Assembly (NCBI GenBank): GCA_021432655.1
Contig: MU271245.1
Location: forward strand, 8,229-72,228
Origin: Atractiella rhizophila
Lineage: Eukaryota
Direction: 5' to 3'
Length of the DNA: 64,000 nt
The position numbers and the translations under genes were made by a program. The notes under the pieces were generated by a model. It saw only the letters and a list, made by a program, of their open reading frames with translations. It had not been told where the DNA came from and did no database searches. Shown in pieces: positions 12,447 to 26,173 of this stretch (position 1 is its first letter; the number at the start of each line of letters is the position of its first letter).

Positions 12447-12534
12447 CGCGACGAGACAAGACGTGGAGGGCAGAGGGTATTACATAATCCACAATGCAGA
12501 AACCGTATAGTCACGTGATATGCATGAAAGAATG

Positions 12535-13970
12535 TCAGTCGTCTTCCTCATCCGTCATTTCATCCTCAAACGCCATCCCTCCCTCTCTCTTCCTCCACCG
12601 CCATCCATCGCTCTTTGGTCCCACTCTTCTGGGGATAAGTATTGAGCTCCATCCCCTCTCTCTAGCAACCAAACATCTAATCAGCGTCCACTTCCATGAT
12701 GAAATATGAAATAATCACAGATGGAAGGAGACGCACGGAGTGAGATTGAAGAACTCCCGCAGGTTCTCCAGTCCTCCGAAATCGTACGGGTTCCGATACA
12801 CCTCCCCTCGTGCCCTCATCACTTTCGTGTAGTACTCATTGTCGTAGCTCTCAACGGTAGTTTGTCCTCCCCACACCAGAGCAAACTATCTCTCCATCAG
12901 CTTCTTCTTTCCACCAAAGCACATAGGGGAGATGGAGAAAGAGAAAGACAGGAGGACGAACCTGCCACACCCCCATCACGCCCGCACACAGCACCATCGC
13001 GGCGGCGAGGACCCAGCTGAGGAGGACGGCGAAACGAGGGGTGAGGTGGTCCCACGATTTGGTGTAGCTGATCGCGTCCATGAGAGCGCTCCAACCGGAG
13101 ACGCAGTAGACGAGGCAGGCGGTGGGGAAGTAGAGGAGGAAGAGGAGGAAGTAGCGTTCGTTGTGTAGACCGACGCAGGATGAGAGCCACGGACAGTGGT
13201 GGTCGTACCTGTCCACACAACCCACACATTAAGTGTGTTCTGAGATTGCATGTTAGAGAGCGAAAACACACTTGAGGATGCAGGTACCGCATATTCTGGA
13301 CATTTCGCATTAGATATTGGAAGGATTAGAGTGTATGGAGTGGGAGACGGACCGACAGTGATGTGCTCGAGCTGGTTTGAGGTTGGCAGTTTCTGGGCAT
13401 TTTCGACAACGGCGAGGGGCATCGTTAAGTGAGATAGGGGAAGAAGGAGGAGAGGTAGATGGTGTGCCTGGCGGTGTAGTTACCGCCTGGTAGTATGTCC
13501 ATAGGAACCTTTATGAACCAGCGTCAGTTTGCCATCAGCATACATGAAAAGGAGCGCACATGTAGGTGAGATATAAGGAGAAAAGGAGGAATAGAAAATG
13601 GGAGAGGGGAGAAGAAGGGAAGACGGAGGGAAGGATGACTTCATCTGTTCGGATTCATCCTCTCACTCGTTCATTCTCAAGTTGGGCGGAAGATAGTGAC
13701 GCACAGTAGGAGATGATGGCTGTAAGAAACAGCAGCAGAGCAAGAGAAACGAATACGGGCCTGTCATGTCAGTTAATTCATAACAAATTGCACTTCCTGA
13801 CGATACAGAGGGAACGCACCCGACTGCCTTTGTGAATCGGTAGCTGAATCGCTCAAATGACCTGTGCTCCCGTCAGTCCACCCTAAGGCTATGGTATATA
13901 TCGAGGAAAAGTACCGGAAACAAGAGAACACGCATCCACTTGCCCTCTTCAGAAGCGTTGAGAAAACCAT
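12535..13970 (-). CDS. DHHC palmitoyltransferase (ZDHHC16-like)
   Basis: Spliced motif [45 protein letters not shown], flanking TM helices, acidic C-terminus EMTDEEDD*. Confidence 0.92.
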
Positions 13971-14061
13971 TGTCGAAACCTTTCGACTTTGGTTAGTTGC
14001 GCGTGCGTGTTAAGTCGGCCGTCATCATGTGATTAGAATTTGGAAGATTTTGGTGTACGAG

Positions 14062-15820
14062 ATGGACTTTTACCAGCATTGCGCTGAGGTCCTGTGTCAG
14101 TTGAGAAAGGAGGAGAATACATCTTCGTTGCGCTCGTTGTGCTACTCTTCCGTCTCTTCCATTCCGCAACATCAGCAGAAAAGGGTTTACAAAGTCGTCT
14201 CTGAGACGCTCAAATGTACTGCTTCCCCTACCTTCTTTGATTGTTATTGAGGTTCTCATTGAGCGCAGACACGGATGCAATCGATGCTATAGTCAAGAAA
14301 TCTCAGATCCTCAAGACCGAAAAATTCCCACCACTTCCAAAAGGCTCAACCAGCTTTGAAGGCAAAGACATCCTTCATGTGCTCGTCTATCAGCTCCTCT
14401 TCTCTCAGCAGGAGAAAGTGGAGATCTCCAATCTCAAGGGATTGAAAGAGGGGAATAAGTGGCTGACGCTGCTCTCCAGAAATTTGACACGGTACTTTAT
14501 GTCACCTGTCCCTATTCAGTTCGTTGCTGATCAAGAGAGTGGCTGTAGGCTCAAGTCAGAATTGTCGCGGGAGAAGATACGACGAGGGGTCACCTCTTCA
14601 GCATCCTTGCGCTCGGATGATACCACGTGCAATGGAGCAGTAGATGGTAAAGACGGCATACGCTTCGTGCGAATCAACCTCCTGCTCTCCTCCACATCTG
14701 ATGCCTCGACCTCCTCACTCCCCCTCACTCCGTCTCCTCATGTGCCATCAGTTTACACCGTTCCCACTTCTTTCGCCCTAACATCCCATCAGGCGTATAA
14801 GTCTGGTCAGGTCATCATTCAAGACCTTGGCTCCTGTATGCCGGCTCATGCCCTCTTTCCTTCACCTCCAGTAGAAGAGATGGAGGTGTTGGATTGCTGT
14901 GCCGCTCCCGGGAACAAGACATCTCACCTTGCTGCTATTCTAGGAAATAAGGGGAAAGTGCATGCTTTCGAGAGGGATGAAAAAAGGTTTCAAGTGCTGA
15001 AATCGATGTGTGGGAAAGCCGGCGCAAAAAGTAGGTGATCACTTCTCATTCTTCGCTCGCTCATGCTTCGTTCAAAAGACATTCAGTTTTACAACCGTGA
15101 TTTCCTATCTGTCGATCCGACAGAGTTCAAAAACGTAACACACATCCTATGCGATCCGTCTTGCTGTTTGTCTTCCTCCTCCACTATTTTCCGTCCCACA
15201 TTAACGCTGTTCCTCCAAATAATACAGCAGGCTCGGGGATGGTGACACAACACGCGGGAACCTCCATCTCTTCCCTCCCACGCGACCCCAAGCGTCTCTC
15301 CTCACTCTCAAATTTCCAACTACAGATCCTCTCGCACGCGCTACGCTTCCCCTCAGCGATGCGCGTCACCTATTCCACGTGCTCGGTCTGGGGAGAAGAG
15401 AACGAAGAGGTCGTTTGGCGGGCGCTTCAGAAGGAGGATATTAGACGCAGAGGATGGACTCTCGCAAAGAGAGAAACGGTCATACCCACCTGGGAGAGGA
15501 GAGGAGATCCAGAAGTGTTGTCGAAGATCGGAGCGGGAGTAGAGGAGGAGGAGGCTAAGGAATTCTGTAAGGGTATGGTACGGTGTGATCCGTTTGTGGA
15601 TGAGTGTAATGCAGGCTTCTTCCTTGCTTGTTTCGAGAGAAAAGTGGTGGAGGATGAGGCTGTTGATGCTGGAGTGAGGGAGAAGAAGAGGAAGCGTCTT
15701 GAGGAAGATGATGGCGGAGGGGATGAAGTCGATGAGGAGAAGTTGGATGGGACAGGGGAAAGAAAAAAGAAGAAGAAGAAGAAGGGCAAGACGAAATCAA
15801 ATGGCATTTCACATCCTTAA
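14062..15820 (+). CDS. RCM1: 25S rRNA cytosine-C5 methyltransferase (NSUN5 family)
   Basis: MDFY start, RFVRIN, IIQDLGSCMPA, VLDCCAAPGNKTSHLA, ILCDPSCSGSG, YSTCSVWGEENEEVV, GFFLACF, Lys-rich tail. Confidence 0.92.
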
Positions 15821-16029
15821 AGTCTAACTCATTCGTTGGATCCTCAGAAAATATGAACAAGCTAACGCGTTTCCTCCCTCCTTTAAGCCTTAAACGGAAG
15901 CACCGAAGTATGTGCTACCTTCTCCGAAGTTACTTGCAGTAATGTTGAATTCCAAGGACACTGAAAATCCTGGTCACCTCGTTCATGATATTGTGACAAC
16001 CCATCTTTCCACCGGCACAAGTGTTACAT

Positions 16030-17515
16030 TCAATCCACGATCCCCCAAATCCGCTCCAGCAGCATTCTCACGATCTCCTTCGAACCAGGTGTCTTACACA
16101 GGACATTGACTCCTCTGCCAGTATGAGCTGTAAGCTCCTCTCCAGTCGCCTGCTTCGACTCATCATTGTATGATCGATTTTTCAGTAGTTCCCCTTCATT
16201 CTTAGCGGATGCTCGTCGGTCAATTACGCACATTCCTCTGGTTAACTCTCCAGTCCTGTGATTTGGATTTATTGAGGACGCACGAGAATGAAAGTCAAGG
16301 AAGCACTGACCGTTCAATATCCAAGTATCGCGTCTCTACAGCCCATTGCGAGGAAGAGTCCATCAATGCTGCTGTCCATACTACGCAAGGATCATGAAGC
16401 TTTGAGGATGCTCTCATTAGCCTCTTGTTTCTCTCTGGAAGAATGAACGAAGGGAGTAAGGACAAACCTCCATTCCCTCTCCTCCTTGTAGTGTCATCAC
16501 CTCCTTCAGTCTTTCAAGAACCGCTACCCAAAATCTACTTAATCTTGTTCTCTGAGTCGCCACCTTCTGTTCAAACAGCTGGAATGGTAGAGCATGACTG
16601 GCTGTCGTATCTAGAGAGACAAGTAGTAGGTCCACTGTTTTCTCACCCGCATCCGCCGCCGGGAGAGATTTAGACCAGTCAAATACTTCTTTTGCAGCGA
16701 ATGGATCCGCGAATACGTTGAATTCAGCAACTGGAGAAGTGTTTCCGGGGACGTCGAGAGCGCCACCCATAATCAAGATCTTGGACGCTTTCCTCAACGA
16801 GGAAGAGGAGTCGGCGCGGATAGTACGTGCGAGGTTCGTGAGAGGCCCAAGATATATAAAGGTGAGAGTATTAGGTGGATGGGTAGAGAGGAGGTGTATC
16901 TTGAGCTCTGGGACAGAGAGTGGGGTCGAACGAAAATAGCGCGAGTGGAGGCTTGCAATTTCAGAGGAAGACGAGAAGCTTGGAGGCGTCAAATCTGGAA
17001 AACGGGTCGTGATGTCTGATAATCCATCCCTGCGCGCAAATTTAGTACTTATGCACACAAAAACGAAGGAGGTACTCTACCGCCCGTGAAAGTATTCAGC
17101 TTTGTGTTTAGGACCCTCGACGGGTTGCTCTGCTCCTTTCACTAAGAAAGGCCGTATTCCACGCCCCGCTTCCTCATCATCGACTGTTATGAAGTTGCAG
17201 AAACGCTCTCTATCTGAGGGATTCTCTTGCAAGTGAATTTCAATGTTGTAATATAATTTAAGGACGTTGAGATACTCTGACGAGACATCGGAGTTGCCAA
17301 AGCAAAGCGTGAGTGCTAAAATCTCAAATTCGGGAGAGCAAAGCGCGAGACAGATTGCCAGTACATCGTCTACTCCTGTCATTTCCACATCAGTTTTGAA
17401 CAAACGCTTGGAGAATACCAACCTGGATCGCAGTCAACTGCAAAGTGGGATCATGAGCTGATTTCTATGCCAGATAAAAGGAGACTCAGCTGATTATCTT
17501 CTTGCGATGCTGCAT
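16030..17515 (-). CDS. Inosine/uridine-preferring nucleoside hydrolase (URH1-like)
   Basis: KKIIIDCDPGVDDVLAI, FGN, FHGRDGL, LGPLTNLA, IMGGALDVPGNTSPVAEFNVFADP. The first donor is atypical (GCTGAGT). Confidence 0.9.
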
Positions 17516-17707
17516 GCCTTATCATCACCTGTTCTGCCTTATCGCCAATCCAAAACCAAACCTGTCGACCTGGCAAATTGAAATGTTGGACGGTGGAACT
17601 ACAGGAAGACTAAGATCGAAGTGTTGAGTCGTGTTTCCAAAAAACATCACGCAACTTCTTTGGGGCATTGGTCGAGAAAGAGCAGCTAGGACAGGGAAAA
17701 GAGCATA

Positions 17708-19112
17708 ATGGCACCACAGTTCACAGGTAACAAGCATAGCGAGTCTGCTGCAGCTCGAGTATTGGGCAGTGGGACGTCAGGTGAGTATTACTTGCGCTGA
17801 AAATGGGTCTCCCCTCAATTTGCTTTCTTTCATGATGAAGGTGTGGCCGAGCTCATGCTCTTTCATCCCGTTGATACAATTGCGAAACGGTTGATGAGCA
17901 ATCGTGGCAAGGTAAATTGTGCAACCGTTTGAGTTCGGAATGTCTGGAGCTGAAGCTACGTGTTGCAAAGGTGTCAAGTGTTGGACTCGGCACTGTTATC
18001 TTCCGTGATAAAGCGTCAGCATCTGCGGGAACAAAGTTCCTCTCGCTCTTTCCTGGGCTCGGTTATGCGGCAGGTTATAAGGTACTCCAGCGGATATACA
18101 AGTGCATCTTTTCCTCTTCTTTGGAGAAAAGTTGACGAGTGCGCAAAGATTTGGTGGTCAGCCATACTTTAACGACTTCCTTTCGTCCAACTACAAATCA
18201 ACGTTCGTTAACCTATTTGGAGAGAAGAATGGCAAGGCTATGTGCCATGCTGCAGCCGGAAGGTGCGTTCCTCATTCCCTGCCCTCTCGTCGGGATATTG
18301 ATGCGGTTCGGTAGTTTGACCGGGATCGGAGAGATCATTCTTCTCCCTCTTGATGTGCTAAAGATTAAGCGACAGTATGTCTTTCTTGTCTGCTCAGCCC
18401 AACTGTGGAGGAAAACGGAAAAATAGAACAAATCCGGAAGCGTTCAAAGGACGTGGTGTCATCACTCTTGTTAGGGAAGAGAACTTTAAGCTTTATCGAG
18501 GGTGGGGATGGACGGCGGCTCGTAATGCACCGGGTAGCTTTGCCGTTAGTATCTCCAGTTATTACCACACCGATATGAAGTGTTCTCATGTCGCTTGGAT
18601 AGCTTTTCGGAGCGTCAGCTTTCACAAAGGAATACGCCTTTGGATTGACGGATTATCGAAAGGCGACATGGACCCAAAATTTTATTTCTTCAATCGCTGG
18701 ATCCGTAAGCTTTTGCTCCCCTTCCGAGTTCCGAGTTCAATGCTGAGAAGCTTTTGGGTGCCGTTTGCAGGTCGCTTCCATCGTCATCTCGCAACCTCTA
18801 GATGTCATTAAGGTACCATGCTTATTTTTCCCTTAATCACTGTGCTGATTCGGATATTAGACACGGATACAAAACCAAAACTTCGAGTCTAAAGTTGGTG
18901 GATTGACCATTTGCAAAGATCTTATCAGGGAAGAAGGCTTTCGTGGCTTTTTCAAAGGTTGCACGCCTAAGGTCCGTTTTGAATTTGCTCTATCCCTGTT
19001 CTCCCACGGCTCATCATTCTGTGAATTATAGGTCCTCGTTGTTGGCCCCAAGCTGATCTTCTCCTTTACACTCGCGCAGAGTCTCATTCCCTTGTTCGCG
19101 AACTATGTCTAG
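17708..19112 (+). CDS. GGC1: Mitochondrial GTP/GDP carrier
   Basis: ARVLGSGTSGVAELMLFHPVDTIAKRLMSN, SLFPGLGYAAGYKVLQRIYKFGGQP, GIGEIILLPLDVLKIKRQ, LYRGWGWTAARNAPGSFA. Confidence 0.95.
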
Positions 19113-19518
19113 ATTGGACTCTAGATTTACAAAAACCAGCCATAGATCCCTGATCCCTCCCTTCTGGTAGAAAAGTACATTTGTCTCAGTACGTTTTAAA
19201 ATTTCGATAGGAACGCCGTCGTCCTATGTCGTTAGGCTTGAGCTGTTTTGGACTATGCAGTACTTATATACCTTACACTTAAAGCTCCACTCTGGCAATG
19301 TATTTATGCTATTCACGCATCACAAGGTGTACACTGTGAACTTGAAAAGTCTGAAGGCTGATACAATTGAAGTAATAAAGCCGAAGGATCGAGTAAGAAG
19401 CTGGTCGGTGTAACTTATATCTGAACTGAGGTAAGGTTTTCCAACAGCTCAGTAGAGATGGGGCATCCCACCGTTCAGTCCACAGCTGCAGGTGATGCGC
19501 GACTTGATCAGACATTGT

Positions 19519-20541
19519 TCATTCTTCAAACCGATTCATCAATGGATTCCTTCCGCCTAAGTTAGTAGGATCATCTTAAAAATGACCAGTGAGCAGACGT
19601 ACTCTAATACCCTAGTCCCAAAGTAAGCCGTAACATGACTCCAAGGCTTCAACTGTTTCTCCATAGCGAGAGCATCGTATAACTTCCTGCTCCACCCTTC
19701 CCTCGGCCAAGCTCTCACGATCTCTTCGACAGTCTGGATGTGCAACAGATTGCCGTATTCCGCTAGACCCACGTTGTCTGTCACCGTTCCCAGCTGGATG
19801 AGCTGCCCATAGACTACAATCTGCACGAAGCGCTCAACTTAGTACTATTGAGAGTGGGTGGAAGGAACCATACACTCCCAGGTCCAAATTCCGTATGTCG
19901 ACAGATTGTTTCCGCGACCAAATCAGCCACATCAAGAGTTGCTCCATGTTCAAGCAACCAGTCCCGAGCGAGAAAAGCGCTAAAGTATTCGAAGCTCATT
20001 CTAGTCCTGTCCCTCCGCATCATTATCCAGCTACAAAGAGCTAGGGAAGAAGGACGGACGCTTTGACGTTTGACCGTGTACAACCGAGGTCGTGGAAGAG
20101 GCAGGAGAGGTAAAAGGTCTCTGGATCCCACCTCCATTCGGGGAATTGGATCTCTGCAATCGCTGCAGCTGCGCTCACGATACAAATTANNNNNNNNNNN
20201 NNNNNNNNNNNNNNNNNNNNNNCTGCGATCGCTGCAGCTGCGCACGCAATACGGGTCAGCGGTTAACAAAGAGGCTAGTAGGGCACGAACCAAGATAAAA
20301 TGACCTTTAGGAGTGATTGTAAACTTCGACAGGCAGCTGAGCCTTCAAGTATTCTTCTGCGCGTTTGACCAGCGATGAGGGAGCGAAGGCGGAGGCGTAT
20401 TTTGAAGCCAGATGGTTGTATGTGAGAGGTGCCGGATAGGGTGTTGCTGGAGACAGGGAAGAGAGGGGAAGAGGGACGGTTTGACACATTCTTATTGCTC
20501 CTTATTTTTTCGGGTTGATATCCAAATCGCTCTACAGTCAT
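19519..20541 (-). CDS. Cyanamide hydratase-like HD-domain protein (DDI2/3 family); 5' part disrupted, spans an N gap
   Basis: VYNHS*RSFYL, QFPEWRWDPETFYLSCLFHDLG, TRMSFEY, VAETICRH, GQLIQLGTVTDNVG, WPREGW, KPWSHVT. In-frame TAA at 20307-20309. Confidence 0.8.
20190..20222. other. Assembly gap (33 N)
   Basis: Run of N. Confidence 1.
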
Positions 20542-21906
20542 AAACTGGAGCATTACTACGAAAGCTTTATATCCCTTCCATCAATTCTCATGGTTGTTCG
20601 TAAAATTCAGCCTAAGAAAGCAGATAGCCAAACAATCTGACTCGCTGACGAAGCATGGATATTGTTACAAATTCATTGCAAAACAACAATGTGTCACATC
20701 TCGCCCTTTTCGCTGAATAAAGCTCGGAACGAAACGGTCTGTCCCCGACTGTGCTTCATGAATGAAATGATGACTGACGAGAAGGCAGCACATCTTACAG
20801 TTTGATGGGTCATTCAACGCCATTACTCTCGCATTTAACTAGTGCTTTGTAACTCTTGATTTGCAAAATGGAGTGGATGATACGAACATGCCGAAGTGTA
20901 AACAGTGCACGCTTTCGTTTGGACTATAGTGGGAGCGGAAAGAGACTGTGTCATTAACGGTGAGTTGAGCTCTTATCAGCCTCTTGACATCTGGACCAAT
21001 CCGAATTTGCTCCCGTGACCACTTAAGGCAACAATATACGGATGACGCTGTCTAGCTACTATATGTATTTCTTTCAATTAACGTTACCTGCCTCATGAAA
21101 TTAAGAAATGCCGAGGATAGTAGTATTCAGCTTCAAATGACAACTGGGGTACTTGTCGAGCTTCATCCCATACAATCCAATGGCGCTGCGAAGCATCTTG
21201 TCGATGTTGAAGTTGACAAGATTCAAACAAGCACACATAACCTCACTCTAATCGACCCATGTCTGCTGTGGCGAGAATCAGGAAGCTCACTTTGAACAGA
21301 GTCTGGACATTTCCCCCGTTCCCCCGCGTAAACTGCCCATCATCAAATCTCCAAAGAATCCACAGCTCCAGCTCTTCGCAAGTTCGCATGAAAGCCAGTC
21401 GTTCGATCGAGCTTCCGCTTGTGATCTTACCATGACTCATATCCGCGGGCACGTTTTATGGTTCCTCCTTCACCTTCCACCAACCAACAATCCTTCCCTC
21501 CTTCCCTGATTCCCAAGGTACCAAGAAGGGAATATACCTGAGTTGAGTGGTGCAGCCGAATTAGACGTGCACATAGTTCACGGACTCAATTTGGATACCA
21601 AGACTTGTCCATTGGCTGAGACGAGGCGGTGTCGATAACCAGTGCTGAGAGCGGTGGAGGTTATAAGAACTCTTCCCCTTCCTCCAACAACCCCTTTTGT
21701 CAGCCCTATTGTCGGAGTGTCATCTTTCGCGGGATTGTATTCTTGTTCAGGTCTGCCTTGCTGTTACTCTGAAGTTGATGAATTCACAGACTGACGTTGC
21801 ACGCATTGGGAACAGCTTTTGACGACCGCCCCTCCCCCATCCTCCTCCCTCCTACCTCTCCATCTACCACCATCAATCCCACGTACCATCACCGACCATA
21901 AACAAA

Positions 21907-23893
21907 ATGTCATACCAATCGCAATCCCCCTCCACGCCTTTCGCCGACCCCTTCCGCTCTCCCTACGACCCCCCTCCGACGTACGCAACAGGTCCCAAGC
22001 CCAAGAAACAGAAGTACCAGAAGCCAGGTACACCGACTCTAGCCTCTCCGAACCAATCCGATTCGCCCAGGTCCAACAAACACGCTGCGCTCCCCAGACT
22101 GAACCCCTTCGGCTTAGGAGTCGGTGGAGGTCTAGGCAGCGCTGCGCCGCTCAGCACCACCAATCTACTCACCCCCGTCCCTCCTTACGAACCGTCGGGA
22201 GCTGGAGTGCCCGAGCAGAGCTGGAGAGGTCCGAGGATCCATGAAAAGGGAGACCCGACCGATAGCTCGAGTGGAGAGACGGAGAGTGAGGCGGAACCTC
22301 TCATTGAGGAGGGAAGGGGAGGGAATGCAGCAGCGGGGTATCATGGTTCTCAACTTATTCGAGGCTTCAACCAGCCGGTTGGAGGTAGACCTTCCTTCGA
22401 ATCTGCTGGCAGCATCACCCCTCGTCCCTCTACGGATTCCCAAAGGACAGAGACTGGCATTCGGATCGTGTACACCCCTACGACCAAGATTTATCCGAGT
22501 AGTCTGACGAAGAAGCAGCTCGAGGTTTATAATGGGTTTTGCAATAAGGATATCGATAAGGAGGGGAGACCGAAGAATGAGTGGACGCTCATTGGAGACT
22601 TCTTTTGGAGAGGTGGATGGAGGAGGATCCCGTGGAAAGATTTTGGAAGGACGCTTCGAAAATGGTTTACCACTTGGAAATACCTTAGTACGCCAACCCC
22701 TTTCCATGGCCGAAGACAGGGAAAGCTGACCAACTGGATGTACAGAATGGATCATTGCCATCATCGTCTTCCTAGTCGCCATCGGACTCCTCATCATCTA
22801 CCAAGAAAACATCGTCGACGGCCTCACTCCATTCGGGAACAGGCTCAAAGAGTTCGTTCTCCTTCCTGCTTTCGAAGAAGGTCGAGGTAGCTGATCGTTC
22901 CTTCCTCTTCCAGTCTTCGAGGTGGCTTCCTCATCCCCGTCGCACTCATCATTGTCCTTTCTTTCCCTCCTCTCACTGGTGCAGAAATCGTCTTCATCCT
23001 TGCTGGTGTAATTTGGGGTTTGGGAATCGGATTCGCTATTTCAGCGGCTGGAACCTTGGTCGGTGAAATCGCCAACTTCTAGTATGTCTCTTCCGTTCAC
23101 TTCCCTCTACTGAAGCACCATGCTAATGGGCGATATAGTGTGTTCAGGTGGCTATTGAGGAACAGAGCGGAGCGGTATGAACGGAAAAGCTTCGAATGGG
23201 CGGCTATTTCGTATATCGTGAGAAAAGGAGGGTTCAAGGTATGCGATCTTCCAGTGTATGCGTGGGAATACTAAATTGCTACTTTAGATCGTCCTCGCCG
23301 TCCGATACTCTGTCATTCCTAACAACATCTCAACGACCATCTTTTCCACCACCGGCGTCGGCTTCTGGTCCTTCACGAACGCAGCCATTCTTTCCCTTCC
23401 TCAAATCCTCACTCTCGTCTACACTGGTGGTACGTTCTTTCTACCTCTAGCAAAGGGACTGAAGAAAGCTGATCGAACCTGGACAGTGTACTACAAGAAC
23501 ACGGGAATGGGCATGGAAGCCTCGACCGTGGACAAAATCCTGTTCCCTCTCACGACAGCCCTCAACCTGATCATCACCGCCATCGTCGCCTTCTACATCC
23601 AACGCGTCCTCAGAGACGCCACCATCCCCGTCCGCCAGATCCTCCGCATCCGACGTGCACAAGCATTGAACGATGCCGAGAACCCGTATGCCACCCCTGG
23701 AAAGGGATCGAGCATGTTCAAGGATATGGAGAAACTCGAAGCGATGTTACCCGAAGGTATCGGCCGCATGCCTTCGTCTTCGACAGAGAGAGCGACCAGG
23801 CTGTTCGGTTGGCTGACGGGGAGTGGACAGAAGAGATCGAAGGGTCAAAGGTATGAGAAGGTACAGTTGGATGAGGAGAGGAATATTGCGTAG
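21907..23893 (+). CDS. TVP38/TMEM64 (VTT, SNARE-associated) membrane protein
   Basis: GGFLIPVALIIVLSFPPLTGAEIVFILAGVIWGLGIGFAISAAGTLVGEIANF, then AVRYSVIP..STTIFSTTGVGFW, after a disordered N-terminus. Confidence 0.85.
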
Positions 23894-24412
23894 GTGTGCG
23901 AGGAGATGAGGTGGGTGAGGTCTGGGGTCCATGAATAGATGGATTCGGTGCAGTAATGAGTTTGTGTTAAAATGGATATATTGATAATGATACATCATGT
24001 TCATGTCTTCATCGTTTCCTTGTCGTTTTAGTCGTCAATCCTCCCAGAAATGCCCTCCTCAAAGAACTGAAGCTGTTGGGAACTTCAGGAGATGTGGAAG
24101 GCGATGACAGGACAGACAGATGGGGGTGATGGAGTGTTGTGGCGAATCTTTGTCAAATAGTGATACTGATGTTGACATCTTCATCGTTCGCAATTTGGTT
24201 GTCGTCACGGTCTATTAGTGCTCCTCAAAAAAATGGAACCAAAGCCAAAGAAGACGATACCAAGGCCACTTGACAAGCCGCCTGATAGGAAAGCATCCAT
24301 GTCACGAAGATGATAGGGTATTAGCTCATGTTTTAGAGAGCAGAAAAAGCTGAGTATTATGCACAGTGATATGCGTCATCCCAAGGACCCAATATACAGA
24401 GTTAAAATCGAT

Positions 24413-25304
24413 CTATCCACCCCTCTCGTCTCCAAGCAACCTGGCCATTCCATCGTCTTCATCTCTAATCCTAACTTTTCCATCCTCCACTCTAACCATT
24501 TCCAGTCTCTCTTCCCTCCCGTTCCCTGCTCCAGCTCCAGCTCCAGCTCCTCCATTCTCCTCCATGCCCTCCCCAAACCTCGAACGACTCCACCACTCCC
24601 TCACCATACCGCCCTCCCGAAATCCATCCCTCATTTCCCGTTCCACACACAGCTTCTCCGCCCAGACGATTTGGATGATGGCAGAGGATGCGATGATGGT
24701 CCAGAACCAAGGAGAGGTGGGGAAGGACGAAGAGTAGTAGGTGGTGATGAGGAGGTGGATGAAGAGGAGGGTGAGGGAGTGGTCGAGGATGTGGGTTGGG
24801 CGACGGACGAGGTATAAGAGGGGAATTATACTGCAGCAACCATTCAGCCCAACTTTCGGATTGCAGAGTGAATAAGAAGGAAACGAACTCTATGAGAGAA
24901 GCCACGGCCCAGGCGAGACCTATGACGGCCGCCTTCCGTCCATCCCTTCCAGTCTCCTCTAAACCTCCGATGCCTCCAACGAATTCTACCCCAGTCTTCC
25001 GCCCCAAAGAGCTCGGCAAACTGGTATAGTAGCCTCTCTCCGCCCTAACTGTGTCCTTCCCCGCCATCTCCCTCCAGTCGACTATCATGGCGACATTCAA
25101 TGGACCGCCCTCGTACACGAGTTGGTCGGTAGAGGCGAAGGTGGCGAGGAAGGGAGGGACGAGGAGGGAGAGGACGAGGTAGTGGTATGCCTGCAGGAGG
25201 ATTATTTGGGAGAGCAGAAGGATGGGGTCCCACACGCGGAATCCAGCGGAGGAAAGCGGTGGAAGGGCGAGTGTGATGGGCGGCAGAGATATTCGAGGCA
25301 GCAT
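24413..25304 (-). CDS. SYS1: Golgi membrane protein Sys1
   Basis: FRVWDPILLLSQIILLQAYHYL, IVDWREM, LVRRPTHILDHSLTL, WAEKLCVEREM. One intron at about 24833-24888. Confidence 0.9.
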
Positions 25305-26173
25305 CGTCGTTTGGGAAATGACGAAACAACTCCGTCACGTGGACATTTCCTTGTTTGTCCGCAGCAAGAAATCTGAAATGTAGACTTTTGTTCAGTCAGT
25401 CCAATGCTTCGTCCTTCTCACGCCTGTCATCAGAGGGTATTGTTTGGGGTGGCTTAGATTATCAGTTGCTCAGGACAAGATGCGAAATATGTCGTGGTCC
25501 TATCATTCAACAGTGTTATAGAAAGCGGTGTCTATTTTTCCCTTTTTACAGCACCTCTAGTAAATGTTTGTTACGGACTCCGAACCCCTAACGACTTTGA
25601 CGGGGCGTAATAACACTTCTTACTAACTTGTAGTTGTATTGTTCCTATATTAGCCCAACTTTGTCAACCATAATTGTTGTCATTTCTTTGTAGCTTGGGA
25701 TTAAACTCCACAGGCAGGCATCTCTGCTTCTAGGGTAGACAGCACGGAAAGAGTGTACATCAAAGTAACAGACGTGGCGATTTAGTGCGAATGTTAACTT
25801 GGTGCATCTTGTTATCAACTCAGATTCTTGAGAGCTGTGCGAGTGGGATGTTAGTTGTGGAACATCCTGTATTGCTGACCGTACAGCAATGTCCATCATC
25901 CTCTCACCACTGGTCAGATGGGTAGAGTCGTCTGTTATCAGAGCCGCCCAAAGAAAGAGTAATAGAGCAGGCTCCACAATATGACAGGGTGGAGGAGCTG
26001 TCATAAGTAGTGTAGCGTCAGTGCTTCAAGCCTTGTGCCTGGCGGATGCTACCACCCGCATGTGCAGGTGGTCGTCGGTCATACAATATGAGGAAGCTTT
26101 TGCCAACTAGCATTGCATACGATTACCTTGACATCCAGACAACCGCTGATCATTTCTCCAGCGGTAGAGTATC

